Origin: a bacterium
GTDB lineage: Bacteria; Desulfobacterota; DSWW01
Length of the DNA stretch: 64,000 nucleotides
Assembly: GCA_040756235.1 (NCBI GenBank)
Contig: JBFLZG010000137.1
Location: forward strand, 21,493-85,492
Direction of reading: 5' to 3'
Under the pieces are notes generated by a model, which made no database searches, had not been told where the DNA came from, and worked only from the letters and a program-made list of their open reading frames with translations. A program made the position numbers and the translations under genes. Below, in pieces: positions 44,901 through 53,264 of this stretch (position 1 is the stretch's first letter; each line of letters opens with the position of its first letter).

Positions 44901-45998
44901 ATGATGAGCCAGGATGCCTATTTCCAACTCGGTGAGCGGCTGAACGAGTATCAGGTGAAGATGATGCTGGTGGAGCCCTATCTGAAGATTCTCCGAGAGA
45001 TCTACACGGATGAAGAAGCGCAGCTCGGTGCTGAATTCCCCCTGGGAGCGCACACGGCTCCGGAGCTCGGCCAAAAGCTCGGCCGGCCGGAGAAGCCGCT
45101 CGCGGAGTTGCTGGAGAGGATGGCGGACAAGGGCACGATCTTTGTTACGAAGAGCGATGACGGAGTGAGCCGATACGCCCTGACGCCGTTCGTTCCCGGC
45201 GTGGTCGAATTCCAGCTCATGCGGGGCACGGATACGCCCAAAGACCGGAAGTTTGCCAAGATGCTGGAAGAGTTCATGGAGGGGGAGATGGCCGACCTGG
45301 CCCGGGCGGCATTCAAGGACCCGGAAGTGGCCAAACAGATGATCCCCGTTCCACCGGCTCGGACGGTCACGGTGCAGAAGGAGCTACCTCCCAATACCCA
45401 GGTCTATTCCTTCGAGAAGCTGAGCCAGCTCGTCGAGCAGGAAAACTTCTTTGGCGCGGCGAAGTGCTACTGCAGGCACCACGCATACCTGGTGGGAAAA
45501 CCGTGCAAGGTCCCGGGCGTCCCGGAGTATTCGTGCCTCATGTTCGGCAAGACAGCCGAGTATGTAACGGAACGAGGTTTCGGCAAGAGGATCACCAAGG
45601 AAGAAGCGTACCGGATCCTGGAGGCCACGGAGAAGGCGGGCCTCGTGCACAATACGAGCAACCTGCTCGACAGCACGGTTTTCGTGTGCAACTGCTGCGG
45701 TTGCTGCTGCGGCTTTTTGAAGAGCATGCAGCTCATGGGCACGAATGCGATGCTGTCCTTCTCGAACTTCAGGGTCCAGGCTGACACGGCGGAGTGCGTG
45801 GGGTGCGGGGATTGTGTGGAGCGCTGCCAGGTGGGTGCACTGAGTCTGGCCGAGGACGTAATTTCCGTGGCAGAGTCCAAGTGCCTGGGCTGTGGCAACT
45901 GCGTATCGGCTTGCCCTACGGAGTGTCTGACCATGGTCAGGCGTTCTGAGTGGATCCCTCCTGAGGCCGGAGATTCCCTGGGGGGGCTGGGGATGTAG
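44901..45998 (+). CDS. 4Fe-4S dicluster protein with N-terminal winged-helix-like domain and CNCCGCCC motif
   Basis: CVGCGDCVERC and CLGCGNCVSACP ferredoxin motifs. Upstream are CYCRHH...CKVPG...C and VCNCCGCCCGF. The N-terminal ~100 aa look wHTH-like (ELGQKLGRPEKPLAELLERMADKGTIF). Confidence 0.7.
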   Translation: MMSQDAYFQLGERLNEYQVKMMLVEPYLKILREIYTDEEAQLGAEFPLGAHTAPELGQKLGRPEKPLAELLERMADKGTIFVTKSDDGVSRYALTPFVPGVVEFQLMRGTDTPKDRKFAKMLEEFMEGEMADLARAAFKDPEVAKQMIPVPPARTVTVQKELPPNTQVYSFEKLSQLVEQENFFGAAKCYCRHHAYLVGKPCKVPGVPEYSCLMFGKTAEYVTERGFGKRITKEEAYRILEATEKAGLVHNTSNLLDSTVFVCNCCGCCCGFLKSMQLMGTNAMLSFSNFRVQADTAECVGCGDCVERCQVGALSLAEDVISVAESKCLGCGNCVSACPTECLTMVRRSEWIPPEAGDSLGGLGM

Positions 45999-46001
45999 TT
46001 A

Positions 46002-46153
46002 GAGCCTGTCCCAACAGGCTCGATTTCAGAGGCTGTTCAAAAATGCCCAGATGCAAGGCGCACGAAGTCCTGAGGAACGAGGCGTACATGGAAGTACGCC
46101 GCAGTGACGAAGGACGAGCGCAACGCCGCAGATGGGCGTTTTGGGACAGGCTC
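46002..46153 (+). mobile_element. MITE-like repeat, copy D (complete, with target-site duplication)
   Basis: Terminal inverted repeats GAGCCTGTCCCAA ... TTGGGACAGGCTC (15 bp if the flanking TA is included). TAGTTA flanks both sides (45996-46001 and 46154-46159); the left copy contains the TAG stop of the upstream gene. Internal hairpins are ggcgtac-atggaa-gtacgcc and aacgcc-gcagatg-ggcgtt. Confidence 0.85.
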
Positions 46154-46169
46154 TAGTTACGCCTTGCTC

Positions 46170-46188
46170 TTGTCCCGGAGCGGGACAA
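46170..46188 (+). terminator. stem-loop TTGTCCCG-gag-CGGGACAA (possible terminator; no T-tract)
   Basis: Perfect 8-bp stem, 17 nt after the MITE and 133 nt before the MMPL start. Confidence 0.25.
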
Positions 46189-46320
46189 TACCGTTGGGCT
46201 GTGGCGGGAAGGGCTTGTCAAACCGCGCTCAGAGGGGAGGAAAGACAGGGAGGGGTATTCTATCAACGAGAGCATGCCTGGCAAGCCGGTTGTGAGACAC
46301 CACACTAGACGGGGGGGCCT

Positions 46321-48684
46321 TTGAAACGAATTGCAGCGACCATCTTCAAGATTCGACTGCCTTTGCTCATCGTGCTGGCTCTGGCCACGCTTCTGCTCGG
46401 CTACGAAGCGAGCCGCCTCCAGGTGGTGACCGACTTCTCCAAGATGGTCCCGGACGACCATGCATACATCGTCGATTACGGGCCCTACAAGCAGATCTTC
46501 GGCGGCGGCAACCTGATCCGGGTGGAGGTCTCCAGCAAGCAGGGCACGATCCTGACGACCCGGTTCCTCGAGCTGCTCCGGAAGGTCAACGAAGATGTGA
46601 TGTTCGTCAAGGGCGTCGACCGGCTGACCGTCCGGTCCCTGGTCTCGCCGGAGACCCGCTTCGTCATGATCAACGAGGAGGGGTTCGACCTGGGGCCGGT
46701 CGTTCCGCCCAGGATCCCGGACACGGACGAAGGCCTGGCCAAGATCCATGACAACATCCTGCTGGCCCAGCTCAAGGGCCGGCTGGTCTCGATGGACCTG
46801 GAGTCGGCCCTGATCACGGGCGAGATCTACGAGAGCGGCGTCGATTATCTTTCGGTTTACAGGCAGCTCAACGAGATCCGCAGGACCTACACGAGCGACG
46901 AGGTCGGGATCCATATCAACGGCTTCGCCATGGTCGTCGGCTTCGTGAGAGACGCCCTGCCCAAGATCCTGGGGCTGTTCGGCGCTTCCATCTTCATCAC
47001 GATCCTGATCCTGTACCGCTGCTTCCGCTACCTGAGGCTGGCGGTGCTGCCCCTGGCCTCCGGCGCGCTGAGCGTGCTCTGGTCTCTGGGGATCGCCCGC
47101 GCGCTGGGGTTGAGCCTGGATCCGATGACGACGATCGTGCCGTTCCTCGTGCTCGCGATCGGGGTGAGCCACGGCATCCAGATGGTGAAGCGTTATCTGG
47201 AGGAGTGCGCGGTCCACAAAGAGGGGTACGACGCCGCGATGCACGCGCTGGCCGGCCTGATCGTGCCCGGCGTCGTGGCTCTCGGGACCGATGCCTTCGG
47301 CTTTCTGACCATCCTGCTCGTGCCGATCGGCGTGATCCGCGAGCTGGCGCTCACGGCGACCCTGGGCGTCCTCTGCATCATCGTGGCCAACATCCTGGTG
47401 CTGACCCTGGTCCTTTCCTTCTTTCCCAACCTGCTCACGTGGAGTGTGGAACCGGCCGAAAAGCAGACCCGGCCCCTGGTGGGCCGCCTGCTCACGCGCG
47501 TCGCCGCCCTCACGCACGGCCGCAACGCTTACCGGGTCGGGGTCGTGTGCCTGGCGCTGCTGGTGATGGGATTCCTCTACGCCCGCGACATGACGGTCGG
47601 CGACGTCAATCCCGGGGAGCCGCTCCTGTGGAAGGACTCGGTCTACAACCAGGACGCGGCCAAGATAATGGCGGACTTCATGCTGGGGATCGACTGGCTC
47701 TCGGTCGTGGTGACGGGCGCGGAGGAAGGGCTCTGCAAGGATTACGGCGTGCTGCAGAAGATGGAGGACTACGAGTGGGAGATCGGCTCGATACCCGGGG
47801 TCACGGTCGTGCTCTCCCCGCTGATCCTGGCGAAGGCGGTCAACGAGATGCTCCATGAAGGGGACATCCGCTGGAGGGGCCTTCCCAAGCAGCCCAAGGA
47901 CCTGGGTTACGCCATGCACTACGCGGGCTCGCACGAAGACAGCGAGTTCATGAGCATGGGGTGCCAGTCCATGAACATCCGGATCTTCCTCAGCGATCAC
48001 AAGGGAGACACGATCCGGCGGGTGGTCGCCAGGACCAAAGAGTTCATTGCCGGCCATCCCATGGACAGGGCCCGGTTCGTCCTCGCCGGCGGCAATGCCG
48101 GGGTGATGGCGGCGACCAACGAGGTCGTGGGCCGGGAGCAGGTCCCGATGCTCGCGCTCGTCTACGCTTCCGTGTTCCTGCTCTGCGTCGTCATGTTCCG
48201 GGAGGTGAAGGGCGCACTTTTCATCATGGCGCCGCTGTTTCTCGTCTCGGTGCTCTCGACCGCCTTCATGAAGGCCGTGGGCCTGGGGCTGAACGTCAAT
48301 ACCCTTCCGGTGGCCTCGCTCGGCGTGGGGGTGGGTGTGGACTACGGGATCTACATCTACTCGCGGCTGAGAGAGGAGAGAAAGGTCCACGCGCGCTTCG
48401 CGGATGCCGTGCAGGCCACCCTGCACACGACCGGCGCGGCCGTGCTCTACACCGCCATGACCCTGACCGCAGGCGTGTTCACCTGGATCTTCTCGGACCT
48501 GAAGTTTCAGGCCGACATGGGCATCCTGACCGGGTTTCTGTTCATCGGCAACATGATCGGGGCGGTGGTGCTGATGCCCACCCTGGTGTACATCTTCGAC
48601 GCCAGAACCAAGGAAGCGGGTCCCGCGATGTGCGCACCGAGCGCGGCTCCGGTCCGCAAAGCATCCGGAGACGGGCGGGAGTGA
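46321..48684 (+). CDS. MMPL/RND-superfamily (COG1033-type) lipid transporter
   Basis: 787 aa from a TTG start. It has two 6-TM bundles, each preceded by a large soluble loop. The layout and length are typical of HpnN-like MMPL exporters. Confidence 0.85.
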   Translation: MKRIAATIFKIRLPLLIVLALATLLLGYEASRLQVVTDFSKMVPDDHAYIVDYGPYKQIFGGGNLIRVEVSSKQGTILTTRFLELLRKVNEDVMFVKGVDRLTVRSLVSPETRFVMINEEGFDLGPVVPPRIPDTDEGLAKIHDNILLAQLKGRLVSMDLESALITGEIYESGVDYLSVYRQLNEIRRTYTSDEVGIHINGFAMVVGFVRDALPKILGLFGASIFITILILYRCFRYLRLAVLPLASGALSVLWSLGIARALGLSLDPMTTIVPFLVLAIGVSHGIQMVKRYLEECAVHKEGYDAAMHALAGLIVPGVVALGTDAFGFLTILLVPIGVIRELALTATLGVLCIIVANILVLTLVLSFFPNLLTWSVEPAEKQTRPLVGRLLTRVAALTHGRNAYRVGVVCLALLVMGFLYARDMTVGDVNPGEPLLWKDSVYNQDAAKIMADFMLGIDWLSVVVTGAEEGLCKDYGVLQKMEDYEWEIGSIPGVTVVLSPLILAKAVNEMLHEGDIRWRGLPKQPKDLGYAMHYAGSHEDSEFMSMGCQSMNIRIFLSDHKGDTIRRVVARTKEFIAGHPMDRARFVLAGGNAGVMAATNEVVGREQVPMLALVYASVFLLCVVMFREVKGALFIMAPLFLVSVLSTAFMKAVGLGLNVNTLPVASLGVGVGVDYGIYIYSRLREERKVHARFADAVQATLHTTGAAVLYTAMTLTAGVFTWIFSDLKFQADMGILTGFLFIGNMIGAVVLMPTLVYIFDARTKEAGPAMCAPSAAPVRKASGDGRE

Positions 48685-48692
48685 GGACGACC

Positions 48693-49718
48693 ATGACACG
48701 AGGAGTTGCAGAGGCAGGGCAGCCGGGACGCGAAGCGGTGCCTGCGGAGACCCGGATGCACGGCAGGACGCATGCGCCTGCGGAGTCCGCCTTCGATCGG
48801 AAGTTCATCTCCACGGTCCTGGCTCTTCTCGGCGCGGCGATCGTGTTTTTCACCTATCTCCATTTCTATCAGCCTCAGATCCTGCGCGTTCCCAGCAACA
48901 CCGACGTCTCGAGCTGGACGAACCCCGCGTTCGAGCAGACCTGCATTTACGACCGCATGACTGCGGAAGAGCGACAAAGGGTACTGGAGCAGGGGATCCC
49001 GCTCAACACCGTCTCCAACCTGATCGTGGCCGCGCTCTTCTCGGTCGTCTGCTCCTGGCTCTGTTTCGCTCACGCCCGGAAGCACTACGGCCGCTGGATG
49101 GCCTGGTGCTTCCTGTTCGGCTCCTTTGTCTTCACCGGCGCGCAGGAATCGATGTGGATCCTATTCGGCCGGTTCATGGGGCGCTCGGCCATGAGCGGTC
49201 TGGCGCAGGACCCGAGCGTGGGGACCTACTGGTTCACGCGCGGCGCCCTGTGGTTCATCGAGACGCCCGTGGAAGTCTGCCTGGGCTGGTTCTTTGTCGC
49301 CTACGGATGCGTGTGGATAGCTTCGAGGGTCTTCCCGGCTACGAGGCTGCTGGGCCGGGCCGCCGTGGGAGGCCTCATTGCCATGACCATCGACCTGTGG
49401 GAAGACCCGGTCGCGACCTCGCCGGAGCTCATGAGCTGGGTTTGGGCCAAAGGGGATTTCCTGCGGATCTTCGGGATTCCCCACACGAACTTCCTGGGAT
49501 GGTTTCTCCTCATTTTCCTGTTCGCGATCTTCTGGGAATGGCTGCCCTCCATGGAGCGCCGCTGGGGTCGGGGGAGGGCGACTCTGGCGTTTTTCGGCAT
49601 TGTCGTGGCCACGGAGGCGGCGATTCTGATCTTCATGCTGGTATGGTGCAGCGCCTTTCAGTCCCTGCTCGCTGCTTTGGGCTTCCAGCAGGGCATCCAG
49701 ATACCGCAGGGCTGGTGA
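48693..49718 (+). CDS. CruF/DUF422-like polytopic membrane protein, paralog 1
   Basis: Only the 3' part of the listed 47961..49718 ORF is credible. The start is ATG 48693 (after GGAGTGAGGA) or ATG 48756. The motif is IDLWEDPVATSPELMSWVWAKGDFLRIFGIPHTNFLGWFLLIFLF. Confidence 0.65.
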   Translation: MTRGVAEAGQPGREAVPAETRMHGRTHAPAESAFDRKFISTVLALLGAAIVFFTYLHFYQPQILRVPSNTDVSSWTNPAFEQTCIYDRMTAEERQRVLEQGIPLNTVSNLIVAALFSVVCSWLCFAHARKHYGRWMAWCFLFGSFVFTGAQESMWILFGRFMGRSAMSGLAQDPSVGTYWFTRGALWFIETPVEVCLGWFFVAYGCVWIASRVFPATRLLGRAAVGGLIAMTIDLWEDPVATSPELMSWVWAKGDFLRIFGIPHTNFLGWFLLIFLFAIFWEWLPSMERRWGRGRATLAFFGIVVATEAAILIFMLVWCSAFQSLLAALGFQQGIQIPQGW

Positions 49719-49747
49719 GACCTCTCGCAATCAGACAGGAGCGCTCC

Positions 49748-49954
49748 ATGTGGAAGAAGATCTGGAGGAACCGGGTGGAGTTCTATCCCTATTTTGCCAT
49801 TTATCTCTTCTGGTTCATGGGTGCCTTCCTGGGATCGCTCGGGATCCAGAACCGGCCGGGGATCGTCGCCCTGGGCGTGGTGACCGTCCCTTCGCTCACG
49901 CTGATCACGATCGCAGCGGTCCGCACGTACAGAGGGCTCCCCGGGTCTGCCTGA
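49748..49954 (+). CDS. small 2-TM membrane protein (68 aa)
   Basis: ATG 49748 after CAGGAG. MWKKIWRNRVEFYPYFAIYLFWFMGAFLGSLGI...GIVALGVVTVPSLTLITIAAV. It fills the gap between paralogs 1 and 2. Confidence 0.45.
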   Translation: MWKKIWRNRVEFYPYFAIYLFWFMGAFLGSLGIQNRPGIVALGVVTVPSLTLITIAAVRTYRGLPGSA

Positions 49955-50000
49955 GCCGCCTCACTTGACCCTTTCCCCGTGACCAGGGAGGCAGGACCGA

Positions 50001-50981
50001 ATGAAGCCGGCACCCTCCGTTCCCCTCGCGTTCCCGGCGCCTCCGCGGCCTTCTTATGACCGGAGCTTCGGCGCCGTGGCTTACGGATCGCTCGTGGCGG
50101 TCCTGCTCCTCTTCAGCTACCTGCATCATTTTCAGCCGCAAGTCCTGCGTGTGCCCGACAACGGCAGCGTGTCCTCCTGGCAGCGTCCGGCCTTCGAGGA
50201 GACCCTGATCCACGACCAGATGACCGCAGCTCAGAGGCAGGAGATCCGGTCACGGGGCGTGGTCCTGGGTAAGGATTTCGGCATGCAGCTCGCGGGCGAC
50301 CTCTTCACCATGGCCCTGGCCTGGGTCTGTTTCAGCCACGCCCTGCGGCACTTCGGCTTTTGGATGGCCTCGTGCTTTCTCATGGGGTCCTTCGTCTTCA
50401 CCGGCCTGGAGGAGACCCTCTGGATCCTCTCGGGACGGTTTTTCGGCGGGATGGTCCACAACCCTCTGGGAGAGACCTTTCACGGCACCTACTGGTTCAC
50501 CCGCGGGATCTTCTGGTTTCTGGAAACCCCGATCACCGCGTGCCTCGGCTGGTTCTTCATCGCTTACTCGTGCGTGCTCACCGCAGGAAAGGTCTTCCCC
50601 CGCATGGGCCTCTGGGGACGGGCCACCGTGGGCGGGCTGATCGCCATGTCCATCGATCTCTGGATCGATCCGGTGCAGACGGCGCCCGAGGTCACCTCGT
50701 GGGTCTGGGCCAAGGGCGATTTCCTGCTGTTCTTCGGTATTCCCCACTACAATTTCATCGGCTGGTTCCTCCTGATCTTCCTGTTCGCCATCTTCTGGGA
50801 GAAACTGCCCGGCATGGAGGCGCGGTACGGCCGAGCCGGAGCGACGAACCGTTTCTTTGCCATCGTGCTCGGCGTTCCCTGGCTCGTTCTCTTCTTCATC
50901 TGGCTGTGGCTCTTCGTACTCGGGAGCCTCTTCTCCTGGGCGGGAGTGGAACAGGCGGTGCACGTGCCCAGGGGCTGGTAA
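50001..50981 (+). CDS. CruF/DUF422-like polytopic membrane protein, paralog 2
   Basis: Collinear with paralog 1 (HFQPQVLRVPDNGSVSSWQRPAFEE vs FYQPQILRVPSNTDVSSWTNPAFEQ). The motif is IDLWIDPVQTAPEVTSWVWAKGDFLLFFGIPHYNFIGWFLLIFLF. Confidence 0.7.
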   Translation: MKPAPSVPLAFPAPPRPSYDRSFGAVAYGSLVAVLLLFSYLHHFQPQVLRVPDNGSVSSWQRPAFEETLIHDQMTAAQRQEIRSRGVVLGKDFGMQLAGDLFTMALAWVCFSHALRHFGFWMASCFLMGSFVFTGLEETLWILSGRFFGGMVHNPLGETFHGTYWFTRGIFWFLETPITACLGWFFIAYSCVLTAGKVFPRMGLWGRATVGGLIAMSIDLWIDPVQTAPEVTSWVWAKGDFLLFFGIPHYNFIGWFLLIFLFAIFWEKLPGMEARYGRAGATNRFFAIVLGVPWLVLFFIWLWLFVLGSLFSWAGVEQAVHVPRGW

Positions 50982-51004
50982 CGGACCTGAAACCGGGAGA
51001 AGCC

Positions 51005-51976
51005 ATGAACGACGACAAGCTGGGTCGAGGCGCTTTCTTTTACATGACGGCCGTCACCGTCTTCAACGTGGGCAACGTCCTGTACAACTACTTCTTCGTG
51101 GACCCGGTTCAGTTCCAGCAGTCCTACCAGCGCGCCGGCGACGCGCCCGGACCGCTGGAGTACTCGGCCCTGGTCAACATCTGCCTGAACCTGGTGTTCC
51201 TTTTCTGGAGCTCCTCGCTGGCCAAGGGTTGGGGGCGCACCCTGTCGGCCTTCTTCATCACGGTCCTCATCGCCTTCGTGGCCGAGGGGCTGGGCGTGCA
51301 TTACGGCTACGTGTTCGGCCACTATCACTACTCCGGAATCCTCGGGGTGCAGGTATGGGCCGTGCCGATCATCGTGTGCATGGCCTGGGAGCCCATCCTC
51401 TACGCCGCCTATTGCCTCACCGACTTCCTGATCCCGTCGGACTTGAAGAAATCCGGCTCCTTCGTACGGCGGATCTTCCCCTACCTGATCATGGCGGCCT
51501 TCGGCGGCATGGCCACCACGGCCTGGGACCTCATGATCGACCCGTTCGCCGTGGATCAGGGCTGGTGGATCTGGGAACAGGGCGGCCCGTACACTCCGTA
51601 CATTGCGACCGGCGTTCCGATCAGCAACTTCTTCGGGTGGTGGAAGGTGGCCTTCGTGTGTCACCTCGTCTATCGCCTCATCCTGGAGACGCACCCCAAG
51701 CCCCGCCGTTCTCTTTACCTGAGCGTCTACGGTCCCCTTATGCTCTATCTGCACCTGTTCCTGGGCGCCCTGAGCTCGATGCTGCTCTTCCTGAAACGGC
51801 CGGAAGTGGCGATGATCGGGGTCATGTGCATGGGAGGATTCCTGGTCCTGGCTTTCGGAAAGATCTTTCTGCTGAAGCAGCGCGTGGCGCCGCACCCGGC
51901 TGACCGCTGGCTCGCGGGAGAGGCCGGGGAGCCGGCCGCGGAGATCTCGCGCGAGCACGGGCGAGCAGTGGGCTGA
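51005..51976 (+). CDS. DUF422 (carotenoid biosynthesis protein / CruF hydratase family) membrane protein, paralog 3 (most canonical)
   Basis: Start trimmed to ATG 51005. First half: AFVAEGLGVHYGYVFGHYHYSGILGVQVWAVPIIVCMAWE. Second half: AWDLMIDPFAVDQGWWIWEQGGPYTPYIATGVPISNFFGWW. Both match the E..G...G.PFG.Y.Y / D...DP....W.W...GVP..NF.GW pattern I recall for PF04240. Confidence 0.65.
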   Translation: MNDDKLGRGAFFYMTAVTVFNVGNVLYNYFFVDPVQFQQSYQRAGDAPGPLEYSALVNICLNLVFLFWSSSLAKGWGRTLSAFFITVLIAFVAEGLGVHYGYVFGHYHYSGILGVQVWAVPIIVCMAWEPILYAAYCLTDFLIPSDLKKSGSFVRRIFPYLIMAAFGGMATTAWDLMIDPFAVDQGWWIWEQGGPYTPYIATGVPISNFFGWWKVAFVCHLVYRLILETHPKPRRSLYLSVYGPLMLYLHLFLGALSSMLLFLKRPEVAMIGVMCMGGFLVLAFGKIFLLKQRVAPHPADRWLAGEAGEPAAEISREHGRAVG

Positions 51977-52140
51977 GGTGCTCATTCGTAGCAGGGAGGC
52001 CACGGTGGCGGCCGGAGCGAGCACCATGAGCACTCGGTAGGGTGGACCAAGCCGAAGGCGTGTCCACCAACCACGGCTGCCGCATCGCGAGCGTGGCACT
52101 TGCGCGAAGTACAACCCGCCGGAGGTAAACAGGCAAGCAC

Positions 52141-53007
52141 ATGAGACTGGATTCCTGGGTAATGGAGCTGTTCTTCCTGCCCCTCGTGTACCTGGTCATG
52201 CGCGAGGCGCGGATCGTTTACGGCCGGGAGCGGGCCAGCATCTTTTTCTGGGGCTCGATCCTGTGGACCGGAACGATCGAGAACCTGGCGGTCATGTTGG
52301 GGGCCTACGACTACTTCGCCTACGCCAACTACTATTCCTTCGGTGGCAGGGTGATCCAGGGCTACGGCGGCTGGGTCGCCTGGATTCTGTTCGTCCCGGT
52401 CTCGATCTGCCTGGGCTGGTTCTTCCTGAGCTTTCCGGCCCTGATGGTCTCCATCCGCCTGCTGGGTGACCGGGCCAACATCTGGCTCAAGGCCGCCTTC
52501 GCGGGGCTCATCTTGGTGAGCTACGACGTGTTCTTCGACCCCCTGGCCGTGGTCAACCAGTGGTGGCGCTGGACCACGCCGGCCTTGTACATCCGCGGGG
52601 TCCCCTTGAGCAACTGGATCGGCTGGTTCTTCCTGCTGTTCTTTTTCGGCGCCCTCTACGAGCGCACCGTGCTGCAGCAGAAGGGGGTGAGAGGGCTTGT
52701 CTGGCTGGAGAGAATGCTGTTCCGGGCCGACACCACGGACCTTTCCGGCATGGACACCTGGAGAATCGGGAGGATCTTCTACTTCCGCCTGGCGGCCTAT
52801 CTGCCGGTGTTCTTCGCCGTCTCCATGATCGCCTCGCTGCTCACGACGACCCTCTGGAACAATCGGTGGGGTCCCTACCACAACGTCTTTCCGGCCACGG
52901 CCATTCACGAAAAGTACACGATTCCTGCAGCGGGACAGGCCGGCTCGCCCCGGCAGGAGCCGGCCATCCTCTCGGTCGGAGAGCAGCCATCGGGAGCAGA
53001 CAGATGA
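52141..53007 (+). CDS. CruF/DUF422-like polytopic membrane protein, paralog 4
   Basis: GTIENLAVMLGAYDYFAYANYY... and YDVFFDPLAVVNQWWRWTTPALYIRGVPLSNWIGWFFLLFFF. Confidence 0.65.
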   Translation: MRLDSWVMELFFLPLVYLVMREARIVYGRERASIFFWGSILWTGTIENLAVMLGAYDYFAYANYYSFGGRVIQGYGGWVAWILFVPVSICLGWFFLSFPALMVSIRLLGDRANIWLKAAFAGLILVSYDVFFDPLAVVNQWWRWTTPALYIRGVPLSNWIGWFFLLFFFGALYERTVLQQKGVRGLVWLERMLFRADTTDLSGMDTWRIGRIFYFRLAAYLPVFFAVSMIASLLTTTLWNNRWGPYHNVFPATAIHEKYTIPAAGQAGSPRQEPAILSVGEQPSGADR

Positions 53008-53252
53008 ATCATGCGGACCCTGTTGCGGATGCGGATTCGGCCGGCGCCGACAGAGCCCGGCGGAGAATGGCTTTCTGGCCTCTGCTCATGTACCTGATCG
53101 GGCTCGTCTGGGCGTACCTGAGCGTCCCTTTCGAGGGCCACACCTCCGCCCCGGAGAACGTCGTCTACAGCGTGCTGGTGGCAGGCCCCTTTTGGATCGC
53201 CATGCTCGTTTTCCTGGTCGTCGTCCGGCGGGATGGACGTGCGAAACCGTGA
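53004..53252 (+). CDS. small 2-TM membrane protein (82 aa)
   Basis: ATG 53004 overlaps the paralog 4 stop (ATGA). MAFWPLLMYLIGLVWAYLSV ... VVYSVLVAGPFWIAMLVFLVVV. Confidence 0.45.
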   Translation: MNHADPVADADSAGADRARRRMAFWPLLMYLIGLVWAYLSVPFEGHTSAPENVVYSVLVAGPFWIAMLVFLVVVRRDGRAKP

Positions 53253-53264
53253 TCTCCGGAGGGG

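Noticed and set aside
47961-49718. 585-aa ORF as a single protein
   Set aside because: The first ~240 codons overlap the MMPL gene out of frame and translate to R/G/P-rich sequence. Only the part from ATG 48693 (or 48756) aligns with the paralog at 50001.
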